A stretch of 64,000 nt of DNA from a virus (IMGVR_UViG_3300042010_000129:1-64000); one strand, 5' to 3'; positions 9,133 through 18,755 are shown, numbered from the stretch's first letter. A program made the numbers and translations. The notes: generated from the sequence alone by a model not told the origin.

Positions 9133-9824
9133 AAATCACCATTAGTGTGAAACCGAAAGTGGTAGCGACCGCCGGGACATACAGCGCACCCGACATGGGC
9201 GCCGCCGAACAGATGCAATACTCTGACGAAGAACTGGCCGAGCGCGACCGGGAAGAAAAAGCCCGTGAGGAAGTAGCGGCAGAAGAGGAACGGAAAAAAG
9301 CTGCTGAGAAACAGAAAAAAGACGCAGCAAAAGCTCCGCAAACTCCGAAAGAAAGTGGCGAGTCCGGCACCGATGGCGACAAATCGGATGATGATTCCGA
9401 AGATGAAGAGGATGAAGAATCTGACGACGATGATTCGGAAGACGACGACTCTGAAGAAAGCGACGACGATGACGACTCCGAGGATGATGATTCCGAAGAG
9501 GAAGAGGACGACGATGACGACGGCGACGAAGAGGCCACCGCAGCGAGCAAGCTGCCGTATCCGGAAGCACAAACGAATCGGAAAGCTCCTGATTTGATTC
9601 CGGCAGAAACAGCGGAAAAAGTCGTTGATCCTGAAGTGCAAAAGGAACAGGACGAAATCCGTGAAAGCGAAGCCGCGAAAAGCCGTCCGCTTTCCAAAGA
9701 CGATCCGAACAACAAAGCGGCACAAGGTAAAAAGCTGGATAAAGACAACGGGAATACTTTGGTTGCTACGGCATCCTCGGAACTCGGCCTGCCTTATCCG
9801 GATGTGAAATTGCGCAATCGTTAA
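9129..9824 (+). CDS. Acidic low-complexity protein, possible internal head/scaffold protein
   Basis: D/E/S-rich core flanked by VVATAG, EATAAS, LVATAS motifs. Confidence 0.8.
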   Translation: MKITISVKPKVVATAGTYSAPDMGAAEQMQYSDEELAERDREEKAREEVAAEEERKKAAEKQKKDAAKAPQTPKESGESGTDGDKSDDDSEDEEDEESDDDDSEDDDSEESDDDDDSEDDDSEEEEDDDDDGDEEATAASKLPYPEAQTNRKAPDLIPAETAEKVVDPEVQKEQDEIRESEAAKSRPLSKDDPNNKAAQGKKLDKDNGNTLVATASSELGLPYPDVKLRNR

Positions 9825-9831
9825 ACGAATA

Positions 9832-9866
9832 GGCCGTGATTAGGGATTCCCTTTTCGCGGCTTTTT
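9832..9866 (+). terminator. Intrinsic terminator
   Basis: ggccgtga ... tcgcggct stem followed by a T-run. Confidence 0.6.
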
Positions 9867-9880
9867 CGTTTCCGGGCAAT

Positions 9881-9890
9881 ACTGTAAATA
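9881..9890 (+). promoter_or_regulatory. ACTGTAAATA motif
   Basis: Directly after a terminator and ~30 nt before the next start. Confidence 0.65.
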
Positions 9891-9921
9891 ACAGATATAC
9901 CTATAAGCTCATGGTGTGTGC

Positions 9922-10440
9922 ATGCCTTACTTCACCGAATACCATTTGATTAAAGATCATTACGGCGACCGCGTAGCCGAACGCAGCGGCGTGCCACTGA
10001 TGCAACACATTGACGAAGGCCTTTTGATTCTGAATTGGTTGGGCGCAGCGGATTACATTAAGGGCGCGTACTGCCTGCATCCGCTGATTCAAAACGACAA
10101 CGATTATCGTAAAAATCTTGATGCCCTCATGTCTAATGAACGTGTGGGCATTTCTGCGTTTCAGCTTGCATTTGCCTACCGCAGACAGGCGAATGCCTAT
10201 CTGTGCAAGCCTGCTACAGACGATTGGACGCAGGACGAAATCAGCGAAGCAGTTGGAATCCTTTTGGAAGACATGCGCTTTATGCTGATCGCGGACAAGG
10301 TGCAGAACAAAAAAGATTTCATGCTTCACCACTACGGTTCCCATGCGCGCTCTGATCAGTTGCTGCGCTACTTCGACCAGTGGATGGAATATCTCAATTT
10401 CGATTATGAAGTGGGCAAGGAGATTATCTATGCTGGCTGA
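9922..10440 (+). CDS. Hypothetical protein with degenerate HD/Mesh1-like features
   Basis: RSGVPLMQH, AYCLHP and IADKVQN echo RelA/SpoT HD motifs, but HD is replaced by HP. Confidence 0.8.
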   Translation: MPYFTEYHLIKDHYGDRVAERSGVPLMQHIDEGLLILNWLGAADYIKGAYCLHPLIQNDNDYRKNLDALMSNERVGISAFQLAFAYRRQANAYLCKPATDDWTQDEISEAVGILLEDMRFMLIADKVQNKKDFMLHHYGSHARSDQLLRYFDQWMEYLNFDYEVGKEIIYAG

Positions 10441-10807
10441 TTTGATTAGCGGTGACGATTTGCTGGGCAACAACCACACCCGCCGCAAATTCCAAAACAC
10501 CGTTGCAGAATTCAAACGCGACGAACGCAAAGCAACTGTTTCTGGTTTTCATTTCCAGCACCATCACGTTGTGGAACTGCACGGCGGGCGCTGGCTGATC
10601 TGCGTTAAAAACGAAGCCGGTGAAGCCTTGCTTTTCGAAGCGGAAGCAGACGGCACGAAACAGGTTGTGCTGGCCGATGGTAATTACACAGATTATCAGG
10701 GCATGTTGAACGAAGCGCGGGCGCATCTGCGTTGCCACATTGCGGCGAAGGCCACACGCAAACGCGCAGCAACCGAACGCAAAACCCGAGCAAAGAAAAA
10801 TGCGTAA
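10430..10807 (+). CDS. Hypothetical protein, 125 aa
   Basis: AAGGAG SD before ATG at 10430. Confidence 0.8.
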   Translation: MLADLISGDDLLGNNHTRRKFQNTVAEFKRDERKATVSGFHFQHHHVVELHGGRWLICVKNEAGEALLFEAEADGTKQVVLADGNYTDYQGMLNEARAHLRCHIAAKATRKRAATERKTRAKKNA

Positions 10808-11240
10808 GCCCGGAAAGTTGCGTTGGTATCAGGCGACGTATCTAGGAAGCGATGACGTTTTTGAGGTTCATCGTTTCCCGGCTGAAAAAGATCCGCAGCG
10901 CAGCACGTACCCGGCCATCACCAGCATGAACTGGTTTCGGGAACGTGAATACACGGAAAACATTTTCGTGGATATCGAACCGCTGGTGTGCGTGCTGAAA
11001 ATGGAAGCTGTGCGAAAAGTCCGGGCGCCAGACCACGTGTATTCGTACCATGCTGATCCGCATTTCTTTCACGAATCTTTGTGGGCGTTTTATGACGCCA
11101 TCGGCTACGACCGAAAGAAAAAGAAATGGAGCGTTCGTCCGATCCCCGGCCCCGCACTGACGCCAGCGCAGCTGGATGAAATCTGCACCAATTTGGATGC
11201 TGACTATGCGAATTATCCTGAAATCGCTGTGCGGGCGTGA
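10800..11240 (+). CDS. Hypothetical protein, 146 aa
   Basis: Start overlaps the upstream gene end. Confidence 0.75.
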   Translation: MRKPGKLRWYQATYLGSDDVFEVHRFPAEKDPQRSTYPAITSMNWFREREYTENIFVDIEPLVCVLKMEAVRKVRAPDHVYSYHADPHFFHESLWAFYDAIGYDRKKKKWSVRPIPGPALTPAQLDEICTNLDADYANYPEIAVRA

Positions 11241-11484
11241 CTTCGAAATCGCGCCGAAATCCCGTGAGCAATTCAACAAAGAATATATCGGCGCCACTGA
11301 AGAGGCACGCCGGGAAGTGTGGCCGCACAAACCGCCATATCACGAACTGACGGTCGTACCACGCTCCGCTTACGACCACTACAAAAGCTCGAACAATTAT
11401 CACGAATGGAAAGACTTCAGCGTCGAGTGGCTGAGCGTCTGCCAAATCGTGATCATCGGTTCCGAAGAAGAATTCCTCAATTAG
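11206..11484 (+). CDS. Hypothetical protein, ~92 aa
   Basis: Fills the gap before the topoisomerase; start uncertain. Confidence 0.6.
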   Translation: MRIILKSLCGRDFEIAPKSREQFNKEYIGATEEARREVWPHKPPYHELTVVPRSAYDHYKSSNNYHEWKDFSVEWLSVCQIVIIGSEEEFLN

Positions 11485-11497
11485 GTAGCAATCCCCA

Positions 11498-13603
11498 ATG
11501 GCTGAAAAGAAAGTGAAACCCAAGGCGAAGGCTGATCCAGCCGTCGAAGGGAAAAAGCTCAAGAAAACGAAAGTTGCTGAAGGCGTGGAAAAAACCACCA
11601 AAAAGAAATCAGCATCGCAGGAAGATTTCACGATCCACGAAGGTCTAGCGGGTATCCGTGCGAAACCTTCCATGTACCTTGGCGAGCAAGGCGCGCCGAT
11701 GGCTTACCGCTGCCTGAAAGAAGGCGTGGATAACTGCTACGACGAACACATTGCCGGTCGCAACAAAGTAATCGAAGTTATTCTGGATTACGACGCCGGT
11801 TGCTACATCGTGGCTGACCAAGCGGGCGGCATTCCTACCGATTTCATGAAGCTGAAATCTGGTGAGAAAATTTCGATCATGACCGCCGCGTATACCAAAA
11901 CGCACGCAGGCGCAAAATTCAACGACAAGGCTTATAAAACTTCGGCAGGTACTCACGGTATCGGTATGTCCGCAGTTAACGCCGTGTCTGAGCGCATGCG
12001 TGTGTGGACAACGTACAACGGCAAGCTGGCGACACAAACGTACAGCAAAGGCGAAATCGTTCCGGGGCCGAAAAAAGATTTGCATCCGTACATCGTCAAG
12101 GCGGTGGACAAGGATGTAATGGGCCACCTGAAAGACAAGCTGCAAAAATACGGAACCATCGTCGCAATCGAACTGGATCAGACCGTCGTTTCCATCAACG
12201 CGAAAGCCGGTAAACTTCCGAAGACTTTCGAAGTTGCAGAACCGAACGCCGCTGAAGTTGGAATGTGGCTGAACAACGTTGCGATGCTCAACCCCGGTCT
12301 GGAAATTCGTTTCTCCACGATCCGCAAGGGCAAACGCAAAGACGAACTTTTCCTGAACAAAAAGGATCTGGCGTTCGTACCGAAAAACATGTGTGAATTG
12401 CGCGACCTCACACCGCAGGGCAAGACGTTCATTTTCAAAAGCGACAACATCACGTGCGCGCTGGTTTGGTCTGACCACACCGACGCCGATAACTTCCTGA
12501 CATTCGTGAACACTTCGCCAACCGTAGACGGTGGCTGGCACGTAACGGGTTTCACCGCTGCACTTTCCAAAGCCGTGAAAAAACACGTGCCGGAAAAGAA
12601 ACCAGCGAAAGGAAAAGGCAAGTCGCAAGGTTACACCGGCTCCGACCTGCTGATCGGCCTGACGGGCATGTTCGACTGGCGTATGCACGGCGCTGCGTAC
12701 ACGTCGCAGGTAAAAGACAAACTCAGTTCGAAAGTGGACAAAGAAGTCGAAGACATTATGTTCCCGGCTTTCGACAAATATTTCACCGACAACCCGAAAG
12801 TAGCGAAAGACATTATCAAGCGCGCCTTGATCATGAACAAAGGCCGTGAAGAATTGGCCGCTGTCGTGAAATCCATGGCCGACGTGAAGAAACAAGGCAA
12901 GGGCACACTGCCTGTCAAACTCGCACAGTCGCCACACTGCAAAGCGTGGGAACGTGAATTGTTTGTGGTGGAAGGGGATTCGGCAAAAGGCCCATCGGTT
13001 GACGCCCGCGACACGCACTATCAGGAAGTTTTGGCCGCTGGTGGTAAACCACTCAACGCCCTGAAAGCGCCGATTGCAAAAATCATCACGCACAAAGATA
13101 TTTCGGCATTCCTGATTGCCATCGGCGTCGATCTGAAATCGCTTGACCCGAAAGCAGAACGCCCGAAACTCAGCACCGAAAAATTGCGGATCAAATCCGT
13201 TCTGTTGCTGGTTGACCCTGACCCGGACGGCGGTCACATTGCGGTTCTTTATCTGGCCGTGATTTATCGTTTGCTTCCGGATCTGTTCAAAGAAGGCCGC
13301 GTGTTCTGCGTACAGGCGCCGCTTTATGCTGCGCTGGATTCGAAAGGTGCGCTTTACGGTGGCATGACCCACGCCGAGTGCCGTGGTGCTGCGCCGAAAT
13401 CTGTAAAGGATCAGGACATTGTGCGTATCAAAGGTTGGGGGGAAGTTGGCCCGGAATACATCGGCCCGATTGCTTTCGATCCAAAATATCGCAAGCTGAT
13501 TCAAATCAACCCGTTCGCATCTGCTGCTGACGAACAGTGGTTCCGCGCCGTAGTTTCTGAAGACGCTGTGAACCGCCGTAAACTTCTCGGCCTTGAGGAT
13601 TAA
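11498..13603 (+). CDS. gyrB: Type II DNA topoisomerase subunit B (GyrB/ParE-like)
   Basis: GHKL ATPase motifs (EGVDNCYDE, DQAGGIP, HAGAKF, GTHGIG); TOPRIM VEGDSA and DPDPDG. Confidence 0.95.
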   Translation: MAEKKVKPKAKADPAVEGKKLKKTKVAEGVEKTTKKKSASQEDFTIHEGLAGIRAKPSMYLGEQGAPMAYRCLKEGVDNCYDEHIAGRNKVIEVILDYDAGCYIVADQAGGIPTDFMKLKSGEKISIMTAAYTKTHAGAKFNDKAYKTSAGTHGIGMSAVNAVSERMRVWTTYNGKLATQTYSKGEIVPGPKKDLHPYIVKAVDKDVMGHLKDKLQKYGTIVAIELDQTVVSINAKAGKLPKTFEVAEPNAAEVGMWLNNVAMLNPGLEIRFSTIRKGKRKDELFLNKKDLAFVPKNMCELRDLTPQGKTFIFKSDNITCALVWSDHTDADNFLTFVNTSPTVDGGWHVTGFTAALSKAVKKHVPEKKPAKGKGKSQGYTGSDLLIGLTGMFDWRMHGAAYTSQVKDKLSSKVDKEVEDIMFPAFDKYFTDNPKVAKDIIKRALIMNKGREELAAVVKSMADVKKQGKGTLPVKLAQSPHCKAWERELFVVEGDSAKGPSVDARDTHYQEVLAAGGKPLNALKAPIAKIITHKDISAFLIAIGVDLKSLDPKAERPKLSTEKLRIKSVLLLVDPDPDGGHIAVLYLAVIYRLLPDLFKEGRVFCVQAPLYAALDSKGALYGGMTHAECRGAAPKSVKDQDIVRIKGWGEVGPEYIGPIAFDPKYRKLIQINPFASAADEQWFRAVVSEDAVNRRKLLGLED

Positions 13604-13606
13604 AAA

Positions 13607-13909
13607 ATGCAAACCGAAATTACTTTGCAGCGCCTGCAACAAATGGTTGTGGACGCGCAGCGCAACATCGAACAAAACCTGATGCCAGAAATACGCATGC
13701 GCAGCACTGACCCACGCGGCCCGCTGCCATCGTTCCCGAACCACACCGCAAGCGCCTGTCTGGATTCGCTGGAAAAACTCGCAGAGATTCACAAAGGCTA
13801 CGTGAAATTCCTCGAAGAAAACCACGTGATGTTTGGCGAAGACCAGTGGAAACGCCTCGAAGCCGCGATGGACGAACTCGGCCTCGAATACCCGGAGGCG
13901 CAAGCTTAA
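13607..13909 (+). CDS. Hypothetical protein between the topoisomerase subunits, 100 aa
   Basis: Clean ORF abutting both neighbours. Confidence 0.75.
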   Translation: MQTEITLQRLQQMVVDAQRNIEQNLMPEIRMRSTDPRGPLPSFPNHTASACLDSLEKLAEIHKGYVKFLEENHVMFGEDQWKRLEAAMDELGLEYPEAQA

Positions 13910-15502
13910 ATGGCGAAGGTAAAAACGAAAGAAGTAGCGAAGGTTAAGAAATCTTCGCTCACGAAAATGAGCAAGACGGAAGTAGCGAAATCGCCGGTGA
14001 TTAAATTCGTCACCGTCGCACGCGAAACCAAAATGCAAACCATCAACGAATTTTCTGATGGCGCCCTGCATATCTACGGTTCCTATGTGGTGGAAGATCG
14101 GGCCGTTCCCGACTTCCGCGATGGTCTGAAACCAGTTCACCGCGCCGTGTTGTGGGCACTCGATGGCCTCGGTCTGCACCACCACAAAGGTTTCAAGAAA
14201 TCGGCGCGTACAGTCGGTGACGCAATCGGTAAATATCACCCGCACGGTGACAGCGCCTGTTATGGCGCAATGGTGACGATTGCAAACAGCAACCCGCCGC
14301 TGGTATGGGGCCAAGGTGGCTGGGGCAAACCGGATGGCACGACCGCATCCGCGTATCGTTATACCGAAGCAAAGAAATCGAAATTTGCTGATACCTTTTT
14401 GCTCGATCAGCAATATCTGAAAGTTGTTCCGATGGAAAACAACTTTTCGAACGATGAAAAACTTCCGCTGTATCTGCCTGCACTGCTGCCGACTCTGCTT
14501 TTCCTTACATCGACGCCGCCCCCGGCCTACGGTGTGAAAGTCGGCAACCCTGCGTTCTCTGTCGCCACGGTTTCGAAAGTCGTGGTCGATATGCTCAACG
14601 GCAAAACGTACACCGCGAAGAAATTGGCGGAAACGTTGAAAATTGTTCACCCGTTCGGCTGCATCGACGTTTCGTCTGACGCGGCAATCGAAGACCTCAT
14701 GGCGACCGGTAAAGGTTCCGTGCAGTACATGCCGCTGATTGATTACGATATCGAAAAGCGCATCATTCGAATTCGTTCGTTCTGTCCGGGCACGCTGACC
14801 GGCGAAGAGGGTTTGGACAAAGCGTTGCAAAAGCTGGCGAACATCGACGGCGTGAAAAACGCGTCGAATACTTCCGGCAAAAAGAACAAACACGCTGGCC
14901 CATACGGCGCGCATCTGGAAGTGGCTTGTCCGAAAAACATGGACGAAGAATCTTTCGATGAAGTCTGCGCGAAAGTAGACAAAGCAGTGAAAAGTTCTGT
15001 CGCTTACCGACTGGGCATCACGATCCGGAAATCCGGGGAAGAAACCAACCGCTTCAAATACGTGAACTACGTCGAATATTTCACGGCGTGGATCAAGTAC
15101 CGGGTCAAGCTCGAAGAACGTCTGATCGACTTCCTGCTGGCGAAGGCTGCGCGTGAACTGCACTTGAACGAAGTGTATTTGTACGCGGTGCAGAACCGTG
15201 AAAAATTGCTGAAAGCGTTGCCGAAAGTTCTGGCGTCGAAAACCCCGGCTGAAGTGCTGGCAAAGACTCTGAAAATGCCGGTGCCTGATGCGGAAATCAT
15301 CCTTGAACGGAAAGTGCGCCAATTGGCAGCGCTGGAAGAATCCGACCTGAAGGCCAAGATCAAAGGCATCAAGGGCGAAATCAAGGATTTGAAATCCGAC
15401 CAGAAAGAACCGGGCAAGCGTGCGGCGCGTGACACAACCGAGCGCGTGAAAAACTACCTGAAGAAACCTGACCCGACTGTTTCGGGTATCAAGGTTGAGT
15501 GA
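13910..15502 (+). CDS. gyrA: Type II DNA topoisomerase subunit A (GyrA/ParC-like, no C-terminal pinwheel)
   Basis: DRAVPDFRDGLKPVHR, KKSARTVGDAIGKYHPHGD, SAYRYTE (catalytic Tyr); only 530 aa. Confidence 0.95.
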   Translation: MAKVKTKEVAKVKKSSLTKMSKTEVAKSPVIKFVTVARETKMQTINEFSDGALHIYGSYVVEDRAVPDFRDGLKPVHRAVLWALDGLGLHHHKGFKKSARTVGDAIGKYHPHGDSACYGAMVTIANSNPPLVWGQGGWGKPDGTTASAYRYTEAKKSKFADTFLLDQQYLKVVPMENNFSNDEKLPLYLPALLPTLLFLTSTPPPAYGVKVGNPAFSVATVSKVVVDMLNGKTYTAKKLAETLKIVHPFGCIDVSSDAAIEDLMATGKGSVQYMPLIDYDIEKRIIRIRSFCPGTLTGEEGLDKALQKLANIDGVKNASNTSGKKNKHAGPYGAHLEVACPKNMDEESFDEVCAKVDKAVKSSVAYRLGITIRKSGEETNRFKYVNYVEYFTAWIKYRVKLEERLIDFLLAKAARELHLNEVYLYAVQNREKLLKALPKVLASKTPAEVLAKTLKMPVPDAEIILERKVRQLAALEESDLKAKIKGIKGEIKDLKSDQKEPGKRAARDTTERVKNYLKKPDPTVSGIKVE

Positions 15503-15509
15503 GGTCAAC

Positions 15510-16025
15510 ATGAGCAAAGAAAAAATCTACGTGCATGATTCGTCGATTGATTTCAACCTGATCGTGTACTGTTTCATGCGTGCGTATCACCTGCCACAAA
15601 TCGAAGGGCAGGAATTCCCGTTGAAAGATACGTGGTTTGCAATTCCTGCTGTGAAGCACGGCCCGATTGTCAGTCTGGTGAATCCGAATATCGAACTGAC
15701 TGCGCTGATGATGATCGACGAAGAGGGCCGCGTGGTGAAAGCTGCGCGGGTAAACCCCAACATCGCGCCAGCCCTGAGCGAATTTGAACTGAACGCAATT
15801 CGCAAAGAAATGTTCGACATTCCGATGTGGGAAAAAACGCAGCAGAAATCTTTCCCATACGACACGATGTTCGACAAAGCTTTGGTGGCGACTCGCTTCA
15901 AAGAATCCGGCGCTACACAAGCGACCGCGATGAACATTGATTCGAGCAACATCACCTATCAAGAAATTCGCAAGAAAGTGCAGCCGCGTCCGTGTACGAC
16001 GTGTGGCGGGAGCAAGAAACGATGA
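15510..16025 (+). CDS. Hypothetical protein with C-terminal CxxC, 171 aa
   Basis: GAGG SD before MSKEK. Confidence 0.8.
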   Translation: MSKEKIYVHDSSIDFNLIVYCFMRAYHLPQIEGQEFPLKDTWFAIPAVKHGPIVSLVNPNIELTALMMIDEEGRVVKAARVNPNIAPALSEFELNAIRKEMFDIPMWEKTQQKSFPYDTMFDKALVATRFKESGATQATAMNIDSSNITYQEIRKKVQPRPCTTCGGSKKR

Positions 16026-16504
16026 ACACCGATTTCAACCCGGCTTCGAATTTGTACGACGAACTACGCCGGGTTTTGGGGATTGCAGCCGATCAAGAAA
16101 TTCCGGTCGCTGCGATCCGTGAACGTTTCGCGAAAAAGAACGTGCCTGAATTGCCGGTGGCCTATATCGCACTGGCACTTCAAACGTATCCGAGCATGTA
16201 TCAAGACGGGATGCTTTCGCCGGGCCAAGCTGATGCGCTTTTTGCGCAAGGCTCTGCGATTTCGAATTACATCGACAATGTTCTGTCACAGGAACATCCG
16301 ATGGATAAACGTTTCCTGTTGCGTTACATGGAACAGGTCTGCATGCAGCTGGGCAATACCCGGCAAACAAGCGTCGGGTTCGGCCACGTAATTGTTTTCA
16401 ATCGCGAACCGTTTGTTGGTGAAGGATTCGAAACGTTCGACAATTCCCTGTACGTTCCGCCGCTGACCGGGCACTGGGCAATCGTCAAGCGAAAGGAATA
16501 CTAA
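16022..16504 (+). CDS. Hypothetical protein, 160 aa
   Basis: ATGA overlap. Confidence 0.8.
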   Translation: MNTDFNPASNLYDELRRVLGIAADQEIPVAAIRERFAKKNVPELPVAYIALALQTYPSMYQDGMLSPGQADALFAQGSAISNYIDNVLSQEHPMDKRFLLRYMEQVCMQLGNTRQTSVGFGHVIVFNREPFVGEGFETFDNSLYVPPLTGHWAIVKRKEY

Positions 16505-16514
16505 ACTGTAAATA
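16504..16514 (+). promoter_or_regulatory. AACTGTAAATA motif
   Basis: Starts at the stop codon, ~50 nt before the next gene. Confidence 0.65.
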
Positions 16515-16562
16515 TATGGCAGGACAACGAATAATTGACTGCCATATTCCGTGAGGTGTGCG

Positions 16563-16820
16563 GTGAATACATACAGCTTGCGTCGATTGCTGGTTCAAGT
16601 AGAACTCGCCATGGAAATGGGAAAAGCTTACGGCGAATCCGAAGAGGTTATCGCGGATAAAATGCGACACGCCGCGAAGTGTTCCATTGTGAACGGCCAT
16701 ATCCCACGCGAAACGTTTGCTTATGCAGAAATGTTTATGCAGGCCACCGACCCGGCTGCGTGTTTGCGTGGGGCGCGTCGATTGTTTAATCCGAATCCGT
16801 TTTACGCGGGCCTCGTATGA
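16563..16820 (+). CDS. Hypothetical protein, ~85 aa
   Basis: GAGGTG SD then GTG; overlaps the next gene. Confidence 0.7.
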   Translation: MNTYSLRRLLVQVELAMEMGKAYGESEEVIADKMRHAAKCSIVNGHIPRETFAYAEMFMQATDPAACLRGARRLFNPNPFYAGLV

Positions 16821-17227
16821 AAATCATTCTGGCGACGGTTAATCGAATTCGTAAAGGGGAAACCTTTTTGGAATCGGTGAACATGGAAGGCCCCGGCGCA
16901 CAGCCTTTGTTGATCCAGCTGTTTCAGGATCGCGGCCACATGCTGATCACCCACCACAAAGGGAAAACTGTTTTTCATAATTCAGAACTACTCGAAGTAA
17001 TGCCCGAGGTTGCCGACCGCGTACCGAAAGGGAAAGCCGCTGTCGGTTCTGTCGGAACGCACACGTTTGTTGTGGTGCCCTACGCAAAAGAACGGTTGGT
17101 TACTGCGTTAATTCGCAGCGCCCGCGCCTTCCGTATGGTGCGCAAGCCTGTACGGATAATCGACAACGTTGGCGACTTGCTGAATTCACACGCGGAATTG
17201 CCAAGCGATCCCCGCTTCAAGGATTAA
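16817..17227 (+). CDS. Hypothetical protein, 136 aa
   Basis: ATGA overlap. Confidence 0.75.
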   Translation: MKIILATVNRIRKGETFLESVNMEGPGAQPLLIQLFQDRGHMLITHHKGKTVFHNSELLEVMPEVADRVPKGKAAVGSVGTHTFVVVPYAKERLVTALIRSARAFRMVRKPVRIIDNVGDLLNSHAELPSDPRFKD

Positions 17228-17229
17228 CC

Positions 17230-18066
17230 ATGACTCTTTTATCAGTGGATGGTACGAACACAATGCACCGGGCGTATCACGCTATTCGCCCGTTGAGTTA
17301 CAGGGGATTTCCCACGCACGTGATTAGCGGGTATTTTTCGATCCTGCGTTCTAATCTGAAAATCACGGGTGCGAAATTCTGCCTGAACTCGTTTGACCGC
17401 CCCGGTAAAAACTTCCGGCACGAATTGCTGGAGAACTACAAAGGCGACCGTCCAAAAGACGAAGAGAAAAGTAAATCCATTGCAAAACAGTTGCCGGTGA
17501 TTGTGGAACTGCTGGACGCGATGGGGTTTGCGATATTCGGTCGTGTCGGCGTAGAAGCTGACGACGTGATTGGTTCGACCGCTGCGAATTACACGGGCGG
17601 TCTGGCCTATATCCTTTCCAGCGACAAAGATTTTGCGCAGGAACTGATTCACAAACACGTTCGCCTGATCAATCCGAACAAGCAAGTGACCATTAGCCGT
17701 AAAAACTGTAAAGAAATATACGGGGTTGAAGCAAAACGAATGATCGACTTCCTAATGCTGGATGGGGATAAGGTCGATTGCATTCCGGGTATTCCCGGCG
17801 TTGGCGGCAAAACCGCAATCAAGCTGATTGAGGAATTCGGAAAGGCGGAAAACATCCCCCATGACCGGTTTCCAAAGAAGGCGCGAGAAACTGTAAATAC
17901 AAAGAAGATTCTGAAACTCAATCGACAGCTTGTAACCATACGGCACGACCTGTACGATGCGAACAAGGAATTGGATTTATCAATTTCTAAAGTGAACGTG
18001 AAAGCATTCACGCGCATTTGCGATAAATATGGATTGGACTCGTTGAAAAAGTCCGTCCTGAAGTAA
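17230..18066 (+). CDS. 5'-3' exonuclease / flap endonuclease (Pol I N-terminal domain family)
   Basis: VDGTN..HRAYHA, FD..FRHE..YKGDR, EADDVIG, SSDKDF, GDKVDCIPGIPGVGGKTA (H3TH). Confidence 0.95.
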   Translation: MTLLSVDGTNTMHRAYHAIRPLSYRGFPTHVISGYFSILRSNLKITGAKFCLNSFDRPGKNFRHELLENYKGDRPKDEEKSKSIAKQLPVIVELLDAMGFAIFGRVGVEADDVIGSTAANYTGGLAYILSSDKDFAQELIHKHVRLINPNKQVTISRKNCKEIYGVEAKRMIDFLMLDGDKVDCIPGIPGVGGKTAIKLIEEFGKAENIPHDRFPKKARETVNTKKILKLNRQLVTIRHDLYDANKELDLSISKVNVKAFTRICDKYGLDSLKKSVLK

Positions 18067-18136
18067 ACGCGGGAACCATACCTGCAAATCACCCGGCAAT
18101 AACGCCGACCATGCTGGAAAGTAAAGAGAGAAAATC

Positions 18137-18721
18137 ATGACCGAAGTAGCCGTAGTAAAACTGTCGAAAAACGAAACCGCCGCTGTCAAAGCCGTTGCCG
18201 CTGCTGCCAAAACTCTGGACGGCCTGAAAGCCGACCTGAAAACCGCGCAGAACGTTGTTCGCTCGAACGCCAAGCTGGCTCTGACCACCGCGCCGAAAGT
18301 CGTGAGCAATCTGCAAAAGAACGTCGGTTCCGTCGTTGAAACTCTGCAACAGGCCGTACTGGCCGCGACCACCGAACTGAACGACGCGAAAGCCGCGCTG
18401 ACCAACGTTCGTTCGACCGAAAAAGCAGAAGCCGCGCAGAAAGCAAAAGACGCCAAAGCCAAACAACGCGAAGCCGACAAAGCAGCCGCTGCCAAAACCA
18501 AAGCAGCCAATGCCAAGCCTGCTGCCGCCGCTGTCGTTGCCGCACCGGTCGTGAAAGCTCCGAAAGCAAAAGCTGTTGCTGCCCCGGCTGCTGCCAAAGC
18601 TCCGAAAGCTGCAAAAGCCGCTGCCCCGGTTGCCAAAGCTCCGAAAGCTGCCAAGGCGCCGAAAGCTGCCGCTGTTGTTGCTGCGCCGAAAGCCAAAGCT
18701 GCGAAAGCTGCAAAGGCATAA
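18137..18721 (+). CDS. Histone H1-like Ala/Lys/Pro-rich protein with N-terminal coiled coil
   Basis: C-terminal KAPKAAKA repeats; highly biased codons suggest high expression. Confidence 0.85.
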   Translation: MTEVAVVKLSKNETAAVKAVAAAAKTLDGLKADLKTAQNVVRSNAKLALTTAPKVVSNLQKNVGSVVETLQQAVLAATTELNDAKAALTNVRSTEKAEAAQKAKDAKAKQREADKAAAAKTKAANAKPAAAAVVAAPVVKAPKAKAVAAPAAAKAPKAAKAAAPVAKAPKAAKAPKAAAVVAAPKAKAAKAAKA

Positions 18722-18755
18722 GCCTTAGATCCATCGCGGGTCTGTAGCAAAACCG

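Noticed and set aside
11645-15517. 1290-aa - strand ORF (also 18784..21786, 35352..37025, 52027..53307 and many shorter antisense ORFs)
   Set aside because: They lie exactly opposite well-supported + strand genes, read as F/V/R/L-rich nonsense and have no motifs. They are shadows of strong codon bias.
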